Assembly (NCBI GenBank): GCA_030587475.2
Contig: JAUQYZ020000013.1
Coordinates: forward strand, 1-22,293
Direction of reading: 5' to 3'
Source: Candidatus Sigynarchaeum calidifontis
Lineage (GTDB): Archaea > Asgardarchaeota > Lokiarchaeia > Sigyniarchaeales > Sigyniarchaeaceae
DNA: 22,293 nucleotides
Shown here one piece after another: positions 7,320 through 15,188 of this stretch (position 1 is the stretch's first letter; every line of letters begins with the position of its first letter). The translations under genes were made by a program, and so were the position numbers. The notes under the pieces were generated by a model. It did no database searches and was not told the origin of the DNA. It was given only the letters and a program-made list of their open reading frames with translations.

Positions 7320-9812
7320 ATGGAGAACCAACAGCAGATCGAATGCAACGGGTTCGTTGCCACCCCGGCAGGGATCTATTTCCACGAAGGAATGGAGCGC
7401 GTGGGCATTCTCGGGTGTCCGGACGGCCAAGGCATTCTGGTGATCAAAAAAGCGCGCGATCTCGCAAGATATAACCCCTTGTTCAAGGAACGGATCGAGG
7501 ATACTTGTATCTTTACCACGAGCGACGGTCACATAACCATCGATCTCGAAATATCGGCGCGAGGGGCAGACGCTTTCCACTTCGTGTTCAAGATAACGCC
7601 ACTCGAGGCATTGGCAGTACAGACAATCGCAGCCCACCTCATCATCCTCCTTGATGGGAACCCCGATTTCTCATGGATTCCCCACGTGTGCCCGGCGCCG
7701 GGCTTTGTCGTGGGCGATCACGTGTTCCGGTCGCCAGCAATCGTGTATAAAAAGGGACGGCACGCGTTCGCGCTGGTTCCCGACCTTGGCTTGTTCACGG
7801 GGGATCGTCGTTTTCCCCAATTCATGGACATGGAATTGGGCAGCCCTGGGATGCAAACGATGCAGCGGGTCGTGTATGGCTTGGGGCATTACAAGCCGAC
7901 GGACCACGTGCTCTTCAAGGTTGATGGCAAGAAGCAGCTCAACATGCACACGGGAAAGTCGATCACCCTTGCATTTCACGTACTCGTGTTCAAGGATGGC
8001 AGCGTCGATCACGTTATCCAGCGGGTTAATGAATTCTTGTGGAACTCGTATGGGAAAAAACTCTTGCGGGAAAGCCTCGCGCCACAAGTTCTCCCGTTTG
8101 AAATCAACGTGAATGAAGGATTCACTGCAATTTTCGATCGACACCAGCTTTGGCAAGACTTCCAGGTCGAAGGGCACGACTGTGGCGGCTCCTGGCAAGC
8201 ATCCTGGATGGGCGCGAGGAAAGCGAGGGTGACACACGCCGATCCCGCCACATTCAACGCGGGCAAGCAAATGGGCAGGAACATGACGCGGCTCGTCAAC
8301 CGTGACAGCTTGCAGAGCCGGATCATCATGTATTTTTCGAGCAAGGCATTCTGGATCAAGATCTTCGACAGGCTGACCCGGTCGATCCCCGTCGTCGCAA
8401 GAAACGCGGAAATTTGGAACAATGCCTGGTTCATGAACGTGCGGACAGCATACGCGTTCGCGCATTTCGCAAAATCATGGAACGATCCGGCCCTTGCGGA
8501 AAAGGCTCGTCGTGCACTTGAGCTCGTTCTTAGTATACCACGCGAGCGAGGACTGTTCCCAACAATAATTATGCCAGCGAAGCCTGGTGTCCAAGGCTAT
8601 TGCACGATCAAGGGTGTCCGGGGCTTCCATTATGTTGACGAATACAACGTCGTCGACAATTCATTGACCATGTACTGGGCGCTCAAAATCTACCAGGATC
8701 ACATCCCGGACGAGCGTATCTTGGCGCGGGCAAGAGAGCTCGTCGACACCATCGTTGCAATACAACATGACAACGGAGAGGTCCCGGTATACGTGTCCGT
8801 CAAGGAACGAGATGGCAAGAACGATCTCGTCACGACCGATTACCTTGCCGGCTCGGCAAGCTCGGCTGCTCCCTTGATGCTCTTGTGCGAGTTCAGCAAG
8901 CACGCGACAGACACGATAGTGGTCGATGCCGCGAAGAAGATCGCGGCATACATCGTGTCGAATATCTTGCCAACGAATAAATGGCACGATTTCGAGCCGT
9001 TCTATTCCTGCACGAACCTTCCCCTGGATTTCTACGATGCGCGCACGAGGAGCCACGTCATGAACGCGCTGTGCATCTACTGGTGCGCCGAAGGGATGAA
9101 GGAGCTTTACAAGCTAACGTCGGACCCGCGGTATCTTGAAGCGGGCGAGCACGCGATCGCCATTCTATCACTATTCCAGCAAGTTTGGAAGATGCCGCAC
9201 TTGAGTTTCAATGCTTTCGGGGGTTTTTGCTCCCAGAATGCGGATGCGGAGCTGAACGACGCGAGGCAAGGCCTCTTCGTCCGCGTCTACATGGAATACT
9301 ACCTCATCACGGGAAAGAGCGAATATATGGAGCGAGGCATAGCTGCCCTTCGGGCTTGCTGGTCGACCCAATTGCTCAAGGAGTACGAGAAAGAATGCCC
9401 TGGCTGCATCAAGGGAATAAAGACCGTTGACGGTATCGACAGAGGAATGGTATGCGAGAATTACGGCCATTCCGGCCACGACCTTCGCGTGCCGGGGTAT
9501 GTCATGCCAGATTGGGGGATCGGCACAGGGGCTTCCGCGGTTGCCTATGTCCAGCGGCATTTCGGGGACGTGTTCGTCGATTTCAAGAAAGGCACTGTCT
9601 GGGGCATCGACGGCATCCTCGTGAAACGTGCCGAGATCGCGGGCAACAAGGTCTCGATCGAATGCACTATCATCGATGGGAAGCATCATGCAGTCATGAA
9701 GGGACGGGATGTCCCTGATGGAGTTGTCGAGCTATCGATCAACGGGGCACGAGCCACGGTTGTTCCGGGCGTGGAATTAGCGCGGGGCACGACATTGAAG
9801 CTGCCGCAATGA
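7320..9812 (+). CDS. Hypothetical protein, probable six-hairpin glycosidase-like (alpha/alpha)6 fold with an N-terminal beta domain
   Basis: Likely start ATG 7320 (MENQQQIEC) after GAGG. Repeated helical-hairpin patterns (WNDPALAEKARRALE, LYKLTSDPRYLEAGE, YYLITGKSEYMERG) and conserved-looking WHDFEPFYSC, FGGFCSQNADAELNDARQ and ENYGHSG. Divergent from the GH63-like gene. Confidence 0.7.
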   Translation: MENQQQIECNGFVATPAGIYFHEGMERVGILGCPDGQGILVIKKARDLARYNPLFKERIEDTCIFTTSDGHITIDLEISARGADAFHFVFKITPLEALAVQTIAAHLIILLDGNPDFSWIPHVCPAPGFVVGDHVFRSPAIVYKKGRHAFALVPDLGLFTGDRRFPQFMDMELGSPGMQTMQRVVYGLGHYKPTDHVLFKVDGKKQLNMHTGKSITLAFHVLVFKDGSVDHVIQRVNEFLWNSYGKKLLRESLAPQVLPFEINVNEGFTAIFDRHQLWQDFQVEGHDCGGSWQASWMGARKARVTHADPATFNAGKQMGRNMTRLVNRDSLQSRIIMYFSSKAFWIKIFDRLTRSIPVVARNAEIWNNAWFMNVRTAYAFAHFAKSWNDPALAEKARRALELVLSIPRERGLFPTIIMPAKPGVQGYCTIKGVRGFHYVDEYNVVDNSLTMYWALKIYQDHIPDERILARARELVDTIVAIQHDNGEVPVYVSVKERDGKNDLVTTDYLAGSASSAAPLMLLCEFSKHATDTIVVDAAKKIAAYIVSNILPTNKWHDFEPFYSCTNLPLDFYDARTRSHVMNALCIYWCAEGMKELYKLTSDPRYLEAGEHAIAILSLFQQVWKMPHLSFNAFGGFCSQNADAELNDARQGLFVRVYMEYYLITGKSEYMERGIAALRACWSTQLLKEYEKECPGCIKGIKTVDGIDRGMVCENYGHSGHDLRVPGYVMPDWGIGTGASAVAYVQRHFGDVFVDFKKGTVWGIDGILVKRAEIAGNKVSIECTIIDGKHHAVMKGRDVPDGVVELSINGARATVVPGVELARGTTLKLPQ

Positions 9813-9882
9813 GCGGTTCATGACGTTTTATGTTATAAAACATGATTCTGCACTGCGTGGATCCATCCATTCTCCTCTTGCC

Positions 9883-9941
9883 ACAACCTTATAATTTCAA
9901 GCAGAGGAAGGTGTCAACGCGATTGCATAAAATCGGAGGTG
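9883..9941 (+). promoter_or_regulatory. TATA-like box and Shine-Dalgarno of the SIR2-STAND gene
   Basis: ACAACCTTATAA (TTATAA at 9889-9894) and GGAGGTG at 9935-9941, 9 nt before ATG 9951. Confidence 0.55.
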
Positions 9942-9950
9942 TACACGTGC

Positions 9951-12900
9951 ATGGATGTCAAGGTGCCGGATGGGCTCGTCAAGGCAAAGCGGGCTCGCTT
10001 GATGGTTCTCATGGTCGGATCGGGTGTTTCAGCATCTCTGGGATTACCAACGTGGCGGAAACTGCTCGAAAAACTCGCCGATTCGGCCCCGGGCAATGCG
10101 TGGAACGCTGAATCGATCGGCAAGGTCATCGAAACAGAGGGATTCGAAACAGCTGCCCAGCAGCTGGTCGGCGCCTATGGTGATCCCGACAAGCTCGCGG
10201 CGGCCTTGGAGCAATTCATTGCCCTCCCGGAGGGCTGGTCGAGGCACGGCCGGATTTCCTCCATTCGCGAGCTCAAGGAGGAAACGCGGGGCATCATCAC
10301 TTCGAATTTCGACCAGTTGCTCGAGAAAGCATACGAGGCGGGCACCAGCCAGATAAAATACCGCTCCATGGATGATTTGAAGGCCGGGCTGAAGGGAAAC
10401 TGGTGGATTTTCAAGATTCATGGAGATCCAACCCGGCCGCAAGACTTGGTATTTACGAAGGATTAATACGAACAACTCGTGAAGGATAATCGGTACATGG
10501 AAGTCCTGGAAAAACTTTTTGCTGATTACGTGATACTCTTCGTCGGGTATAGCTTGTCCGATCGTTACATATTCGACATGATTTCCAGCTTGCAGAAGCG
10601 GTTCGGCGGTTTCCTGGGCGATGGATGGGCATACGCGGTTTTACCGGCCAGCTCGGATGCAAGCGAGACGAAACGGCGCAAGGCCCTCAGAAACGTGGGG
10701 TTACGATTCATCGAATACGATGCAACGAAGGGCCACGACGCTGTTGATGCCATCTTGAATATATTAAATGAAAAAACGGGTGTTCCTGAACCAGTAGTCG
10801 ATTTCATGGGCCGGGAAAAGCAAATCACGGAAATCGAAAAGAAACTCAAGGATGGCGAGAATGTATTCCTCGTCGGCGGGCCGGCCATCGGGAAAACTGA
10901 GCTGGCAAGGATGGTCGCGCAGAAGATGCTCGCCATCCTGTCGATCGATGATCCAACCGTCCCGTACGGTAGTGCAGTGCAAATCGACTTGATCGGCAAG
11001 GTAGGTGCGGAACCCTTGCTCGCGGCGTTGAAAAACGGCTTATCCTTGAAAGCAGATATCCGGAACCCGGAAGCGATCATCGACGAGACGCTGGCCAAGA
11101 AACCTCTGATACTCCTCGATAATCTGGAAGATCCGATCAAGAACGGGACCGAAAACCAGGTCCGCGCGTTCACGGCAGTCCTCGAATTGCTCGCCACGCG
11201 CGGCAAGGTCCGCGGGGGCGCGGCGCCCTTGCTCGGCACCTGCCGGCCAGGCGTCCTCCCGCAACTTCCGGGTTCGACGTTTTTCGACGTGAGCCGGCTG
11301 TCCGACGACGAGGCTAGGCAACTTTTCAAGGTCATCGCTGAGAAGATGTTAACGGACGTGTCGGGAGGGGAATTGCCTGCGACACCCGAGTTCTCTCCCG
11401 CACAAGAGGACTTGATCCGCATGACTCAAGGGCATCCATTCGCCATCCGGCTCGCAGCGCTGGGGTGCGCGACCGGTGAAAAAGTCGCGGCGTTCTTGAA
11501 TGCAGCGAACAAGATGAAAGACAAGTTCCCCGATCCGCTGACGATGTTCTCGATCCTCGCCTTATCGTCGCTGGACGAGCAATCGGCCAAGGTCATTGCA
11601 TGCATCGCGCCGTGGCCTGCCGGGGCACCGTCGATGCTCTGCGAAGCATTGCTTGGCGAGTCATGGGTGCGCCCGATGTTCGCTGCGGTCAAGGCTGGTC
11701 TCGTGTACCAGTCTGGCGGGCGATACCGCATGCTAGAATCGCTCCGCCAACTCGTAATGGACTATGGATTTGCCCCAGAAATCACCTGGAAAGCCCGCAC
11801 AGACGGATTGATGTATTATAACGCCGCTCTTGTTCGTCTCAACAAGGCTCTGGGTGAAAGCGGTAAACCGGAACCAGATTCATTCGCCCTTATCGATGAG
11901 GCACCGAATATCATCGTCACGCTGGATGCTCTAAAGGCCGCAGTGCAAAAGTCCCCGAAGGTCTACGTGATCGCGCGGAAACAACTCGATAACGTGTTAC
12001 AGTTCAACAGGTGGGCGGGATTCGTCATAGACACCCGCCCCTACATCGCGGACTTCCTCGGTGAAGAATCTTTGCGTCAAGCCCCCGACGTGCACCCGTC
12101 CCAACTCTTCCAGGCCGCGCGTGCGCTCACTGAATATGGCGATGCGGAATCCACGAGGCAAGCAATCGCACTGCAGCGAAAGGTCGTGGCTATTTTTAAG
12201 ACCCAAGTCGATTCTGGCGACGCGCTGGCACTGGATTCTTACCTCGCGAGCATCAACAACTTGGCCGTGGTATTGACCAACAATGGCGGCGAAGCAAACG
12301 AACGGGAGGCAATATCCCTCTACGAGGAGGGTCTCGCGACGCGACAAAGGATCTACGACGAGGCAATCCGGACCGGCATGATGCCCGCGAAAGGCATTAC
12401 AATGGACGACCTCTTGGCCGACCTGTCGGGATCGATGCTAAATCTCGCGAACCGATTAAAAATGCTCGGCACGCCCGCAGACAGAAAGCGGGCGGAATCG
12501 CTCCTTAGAAAAGCATTGGAATGCCGGCGGCAGTTCTCCCCGACGTATCGGGACCGGGAGGCGAAACTCGGCATCGTGTTGCAAGGACTTGCTAATTTCC
12601 TCCATGAATACCCTGACCCGGCGAGCCGGGCGGAGGCCATCGTTCTTTCCAAGGAATCGATCGATTTATACAAGAAACTTGCAGAAAAGGTTCCTGGCGC
12701 GATGGAGGACGTCGGCATCCAGAGCCTCAATCTTGCATCCGAATTACGCAATGCACAAGATTTGGTTGGAGCCAAGGCTTTCTTGAAAGATGCCATTTCG
12801 ATCTTCAAGGATCTGTCGGAGAAAAAGCCTTCGGTGCGGTTATACCTTGCAACGGCCCTTGGAAATATGGCAAACTTGTTGAACCAGGAGCATGCAAATC

Positions 12901-13721
12901 CCGGAGAAATCGCCGAGCATTACAAGCAATCCATCGCGATCGGACAAGAATTGGTCGCGTCGGGGAATGAAAACGCGGAGCTGGACCTGGCACGAAGCGC
13001 GGGGAACTTCTCTGATTTTCTGGTATCCACGGGCAAGGTGGAGAACTTGGATGAGGCCGAGATAATGATCCGCTTGTCGGTTAATCTGTTCGAGAAACAC
13101 GCGCGGACAAAACCGTCCCTCCTCGACCAGCTGTGCATCAAGTTACAGACCCTCGGTACTTTACTGCTGAAGCGGGGCACCCCGGAAGCGAAGGTTGAAG
13201 GATGGGCTGCTGTCGACAAGGCGCTTGCCATCTCGCGACAACTCGTGACCATGCACCCGTCGTTCTTGCTCGTGCTCGCATCGTCCCTGGAAACCAAGTT
13301 CAACAGCATCGACCGGGATGCAAAGGGAAATATCATCGACAACACCATGGCTGAGGCGGTCCTGCGCGAGCAAGTCACGAGCGTGTTCCCGCGCATGCTC
13401 AAGGTCTATCCCAATTATCAAGATATAATCGAAGAAAACATGATCGACGGGATGATCAACCTCGGCTGGGCGCTCAACAAGCTCGGCGGTACCGAACGGA
13501 TAATCGAAGCGCTCAAGTGGAACGACGAGGGCGAGCGGATCGTCCGGCGCCGGCTGGACGATGGCAAGTCGAACCCCTTGAAATACGTGATAGCGCTCTA
13601 CAACAAGATCGAATACCTCGAAAAACTGGGTCGGAAAGCAGAGGCGGATGGAGTCCGCGAGGTCGTGGAGGCGTACAAGAAGACCAAGGGAATCGATTTC
13701 ACGCCGGAACTGAGCGCTTGA
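9951..13721 (+). pseudogene. SIR2-like NADase - STAND (NB-ARC-like) NTPase - TPR protein (NLR/Avs-like), interrupted by one in-frame TAA at 10464-10466
   Basis: ORFs 9939-10466 and 10479-13721 are in the same frame: ...KIHGDPTRPQDLVFTKD*YEQLVKDNRYMEVLEKLFADYVILFVGYSLSD. SIR2 motifs VGSGVS..GLPTW, TSNFDQLLE, KIHG and FVGYSLSD straddle the stop. They are followed by Walker A GGPAIGKT, Walker B LILLDNLE, GHPFAIRLAA, YRMLESLRQ and about 10 TPR-like repeats. Pseudogene status versus sequencing error is unresolved. Confidence 0.8.
10479..13721 (+). CDS. Downstream open part: C-terminal SIR2 fragment + STAND NTPase + winged helix + TPR array (1080 aa)
   Basis: Uninterrupted 1080-codon ORF with an intact P-loop (10875-10898) and TPR repeats such as LASINNLAVVL..EAISLYEEGL, LSGSMLNLANRL..AESLLRKAL and LATALGNMANLL..EHYKQSI. 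Could be expressed from GTG 10479 or ATG 10497. Confidence 0.75.
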   Translation: MKDNRYMEVLEKLFADYVILFVGYSLSDRYIFDMISSLQKRFGGFLGDGWAYAVLPASSDASETKRRKALRNVGLRFIEYDATKGHDAVDAILNILNEKTGVPEPVVDFMGREKQITEIEKKLKDGENVFLVGGPAIGKTELARMVAQKMLAILSIDDPTVPYGSAVQIDLIGKVGAEPLLAALKNGLSLKADIRNPEAIIDETLAKKPLILLDNLEDPIKNGTENQVRAFTAVLELLATRGKVRGGAAPLLGTCRPGVLPQLPGSTFFDVSRLSDDEARQLFKVIAEKMLTDVSGGELPATPEFSPAQEDLIRMTQGHPFAIRLAALGCATGEKVAAFLNAANKMKDKFPDPLTMFSILALSSLDEQSAKVIACIAPWPAGAPSMLCEALLGESWVRPMFAAVKAGLVYQSGGRYRMLESLRQLVMDYGFAPEITWKARTDGLMYYNAALVRLNKALGESGKPEPDSFALIDEAPNIIVTLDALKAAVQKSPKVYVIARKQLDNVLQFNRWAGFVIDTRPYIADFLGEESLRQAPDVHPSQLFQAARALTEYGDAESTRQAIALQRKVVAIFKTQVDSGDALALDSYLASINNLAVVLTNNGGEANEREAISLYEEGLATRQRIYDEAIRTGMMPAKGITMDDLLADLSGSMLNLANRLKMLGTPADRKRAESLLRKALECRRQFSPTYRDREAKLGIVLQGLANFLHEYPDPASRAEAIVLSKESIDLYKKLAEKVPGAMEDVGIQSLNLASELRNAQDLVGAKAFLKDAISIFKDLSEKKPSVRLYLATALGNMANLLNQEHANPGEIAEHYKQSIAIGQELVASGNENAELDLARSAGNFSDFLVSTGKVENLDEAEIMIRLSVNLFEKHARTKPSLLDQLCIKLQTLGTLLLKRGTPEAKVEGWAAVDKALAISRQLVTMHPSFLLVLASSLETKFNSIDRDAKGNIIDNTMAEAVLREQVTSVFPRMLKVYPNYQDIIEENMIDGMINLGWALNKLGGTERIIEALKWNDEGERIVRRRLDDGKSNPLKYVIALYNKIEYLEKLGRKAEADGVREVVEAYKKTKGIDFTPELSA

Positions 13722-13747
13722 ACACCGTGAGATTTTCATCTTGTATG

Positions 13748-13804
13748 CAAAGCGTTATATAATCCATGGGAAAAGGGTTGCTATCACTTGAATATAAGGT
13801 GAGG
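13748..13804 (+). promoter_or_regulatory. BRE+TATA promoter and SD for the 13809 gene
   Basis: CAAAGCGTTATATAA (TTATATAA at 13755-13762) and GGTGAGG just upstream of ATG 13809. Confidence 0.55.
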
Positions 13805-13808
13805 ATGA

Positions 13809-14561
13809 ATGCCCGCATTAGACGAAGCAACGAGAACGCAGCTGCTCCAGGCGTTCGAGATGAAACGAAACCGGGATCTGACCAAGATCCTCAAGAAAAT
13901 CGTGAAGACACCCGATACCGAGCTGATGGGGTCGCTCACCGAGCTGTTTGCCGAGATGCTAGCCCAGGATCCGACATTTTACATGAATTCGACGTATCTA
14001 GACCTCCAGAACGTCTTGAAAAAACAAGATCCTAGAGACTTGTTCACGATGGACAGGACGCTGATCGAACGGTTCTCCCTCTTTCCCAACGAGCAAATCA
14101 TCGCCGAGTGCTATGGTGCTGTCGAGGAAAACTTCGGAAAAATCAAGCCAGCTCGTGTATTCATCACCCCGTACCGCATCATTGCATCGGGCTTCAAGGT
14201 AATCCAGACGAAAGGACTCGGGTATGCCTTGCCGATATACGCGGCCATAAGCATCGCCATGGACATGAGCCGGAAGATCCGCGATGCCATCGCCCGCCAA
14301 TTCGGCTCCCAGGAGCGCATCATGTATGGCTTCATATATCCCGTCCAAAATTCCACCAAGCTCAAGCGATCGGCGAGCGTTCTCCGGTATCGAAACGTGA
14401 TGGAATACACGGACGACAAGGGACGGTTGAAGACCCTCAAGCTCGACTTCAAGCTCCAACCCAAGCCGATGAAAGGCCAAGACAAGAACGAGTTCAAGTC
14501 GAACACGCAAAAAGTGTTCGATGTGATCACAAATATCATCGGATCTGGCGGCAACACCTAA
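13809..14561 (+). CDS. Hypothetical protein, possible PH/GRAM-like domain
   Basis: 250-aa ORF with its own promoter/SD and a T-rich tract after the stop. The segment LFPNEQII...ARVFITPYRII resembles the start of PH-like/GRAM folds, and the protein ends in an amphipathic helix. The fold call is tentative. Confidence 0.75.
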   Translation: MPALDEATRTQLLQAFEMKRNRDLTKILKKIVKTPDTELMGSLTELFAEMLAQDPTFYMNSTYLDLQNVLKKQDPRDLFTMDRTLIERFSLFPNEQIIAECYGAVEENFGKIKPARVFITPYRIIASGFKVIQTKGLGYALPIYAAISIAMDMSRKIRDAIARQFGSQERIMYGFIYPVQNSTKLKRSASVLRYRNVMEYTDDKGRLKTLKLDFKLQPKPMKGQDKNEFKSNTQKVFDVITNIIGSGGNT

Positions 14562-14571
14562 AAAAATGTCC

Positions 14572-14587
14572 ATTCTTTTTTATTATT
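14572..14587 (+). terminator. T-rich archaeal-type terminator candidate
   Basis: ATTCTTTTTTATTATT just after the stop at 14561. Confidence 0.35.
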
Positions 14588-14770
14588 CGATCAGTTTATG
14601 GGGCCAAGAACACGAATTTGCCCGCTGAAAAGAATGATAGGCCATAGTCTCTGTTAATCATTTTATCCTCGCCGGGAGTGATTCTAATTCCCCCTGGGTT
14701 GCGGGTTTCTCTAAGACCTTTAGCATGAAAAGGGATAGTTTAAATTTCACGCGTAGGGGTTTTAATAATA

Positions 14771-14794
14771 ATCGATTTAAATCGATAGATCGAT
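14771..14794. promoter_or_regulatory. Palindromic operator candidate upstream of the ArsR gene
   Basis: Perfect 16-bp palindrome ATCGATTTAAATCGAT (14771-14786) plus a third ATCGAT at 14789-14794, next to TTTTAATA and about 40 nt before the ArsR start. Confidence 0.55.
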
Positions 14795-14825
14795 AACAAC
14801 CAAAGCGTGAAAGGATGACGCCATC

Positions 14826-15158
14826 GTGAAGATCCCAATAGACCAGGCATCCGGCATCTTGAAAGCGCTCGCAGACAAGAGCCGGCTCCAGATCATCGAG
14901 ATACTCTATGATGGCGAAAAAAACTCGAAGGAGATCGAGGACCAGCTTGGTAAGTGCCAATCCACGACGTCGCAACACCTGAAGGTGCTCGTGGATGCCG
15001 ATCTTCTCTCCTTCCGGCAAGATGGCCTCAAGAAGTATTACAAGGTCAAGCCCGAGGTGCTCGATTTCATGGCATCAGTCAACGCGCTCGTCGGTAAGAT
15101 CACCCGGCAAAAGATGGGATCCATCGTTGCGCATGAAATCAAGGATACATTGCTGTAG
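14826..15158 (+). CDS. ArsR/SmtB-family winged-helix transcriptional regulator
   Basis: LKALADKSRLQIIEIL...EIEDQLGKCQSTTSQHLKVLVDADLLSFRQDGLKKYY is a canonical ArsR HTH and wing. GTG start. Confidence 0.9.
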   Translation: MKIPIDQASGILKALADKSRLQIIEILYDGEKNSKEIEDQLGKCQSTTSQHLKVLVDADLLSFRQDGLKKYYKVKPEVLDFMASVNALVGKITRQKMGSIVAHEIKDTLL

Positions 15159-15188
15159 TTTTCCATAATCGAAGTAAGATGATCGTAC

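Noticed and set aside
10464-10466. Selenocysteine or pyrrolysine recoding of the internal stop
   Set aside because: The codon is TAA, whereas Sec uses TGA and Pyl uses TAG. TAA also terminates other genes here (e.g. 14559-14561), so genome-wide reassignment is unlikely.
10565-11422. Long antisense ORFs (285 aa here; also 2644-3480, 7671-8465, 16744-17430, 20852-21712)
   Set aside because: They are shadows of well-supported genes, expected in GC-rich coding DNA, with no motifs.
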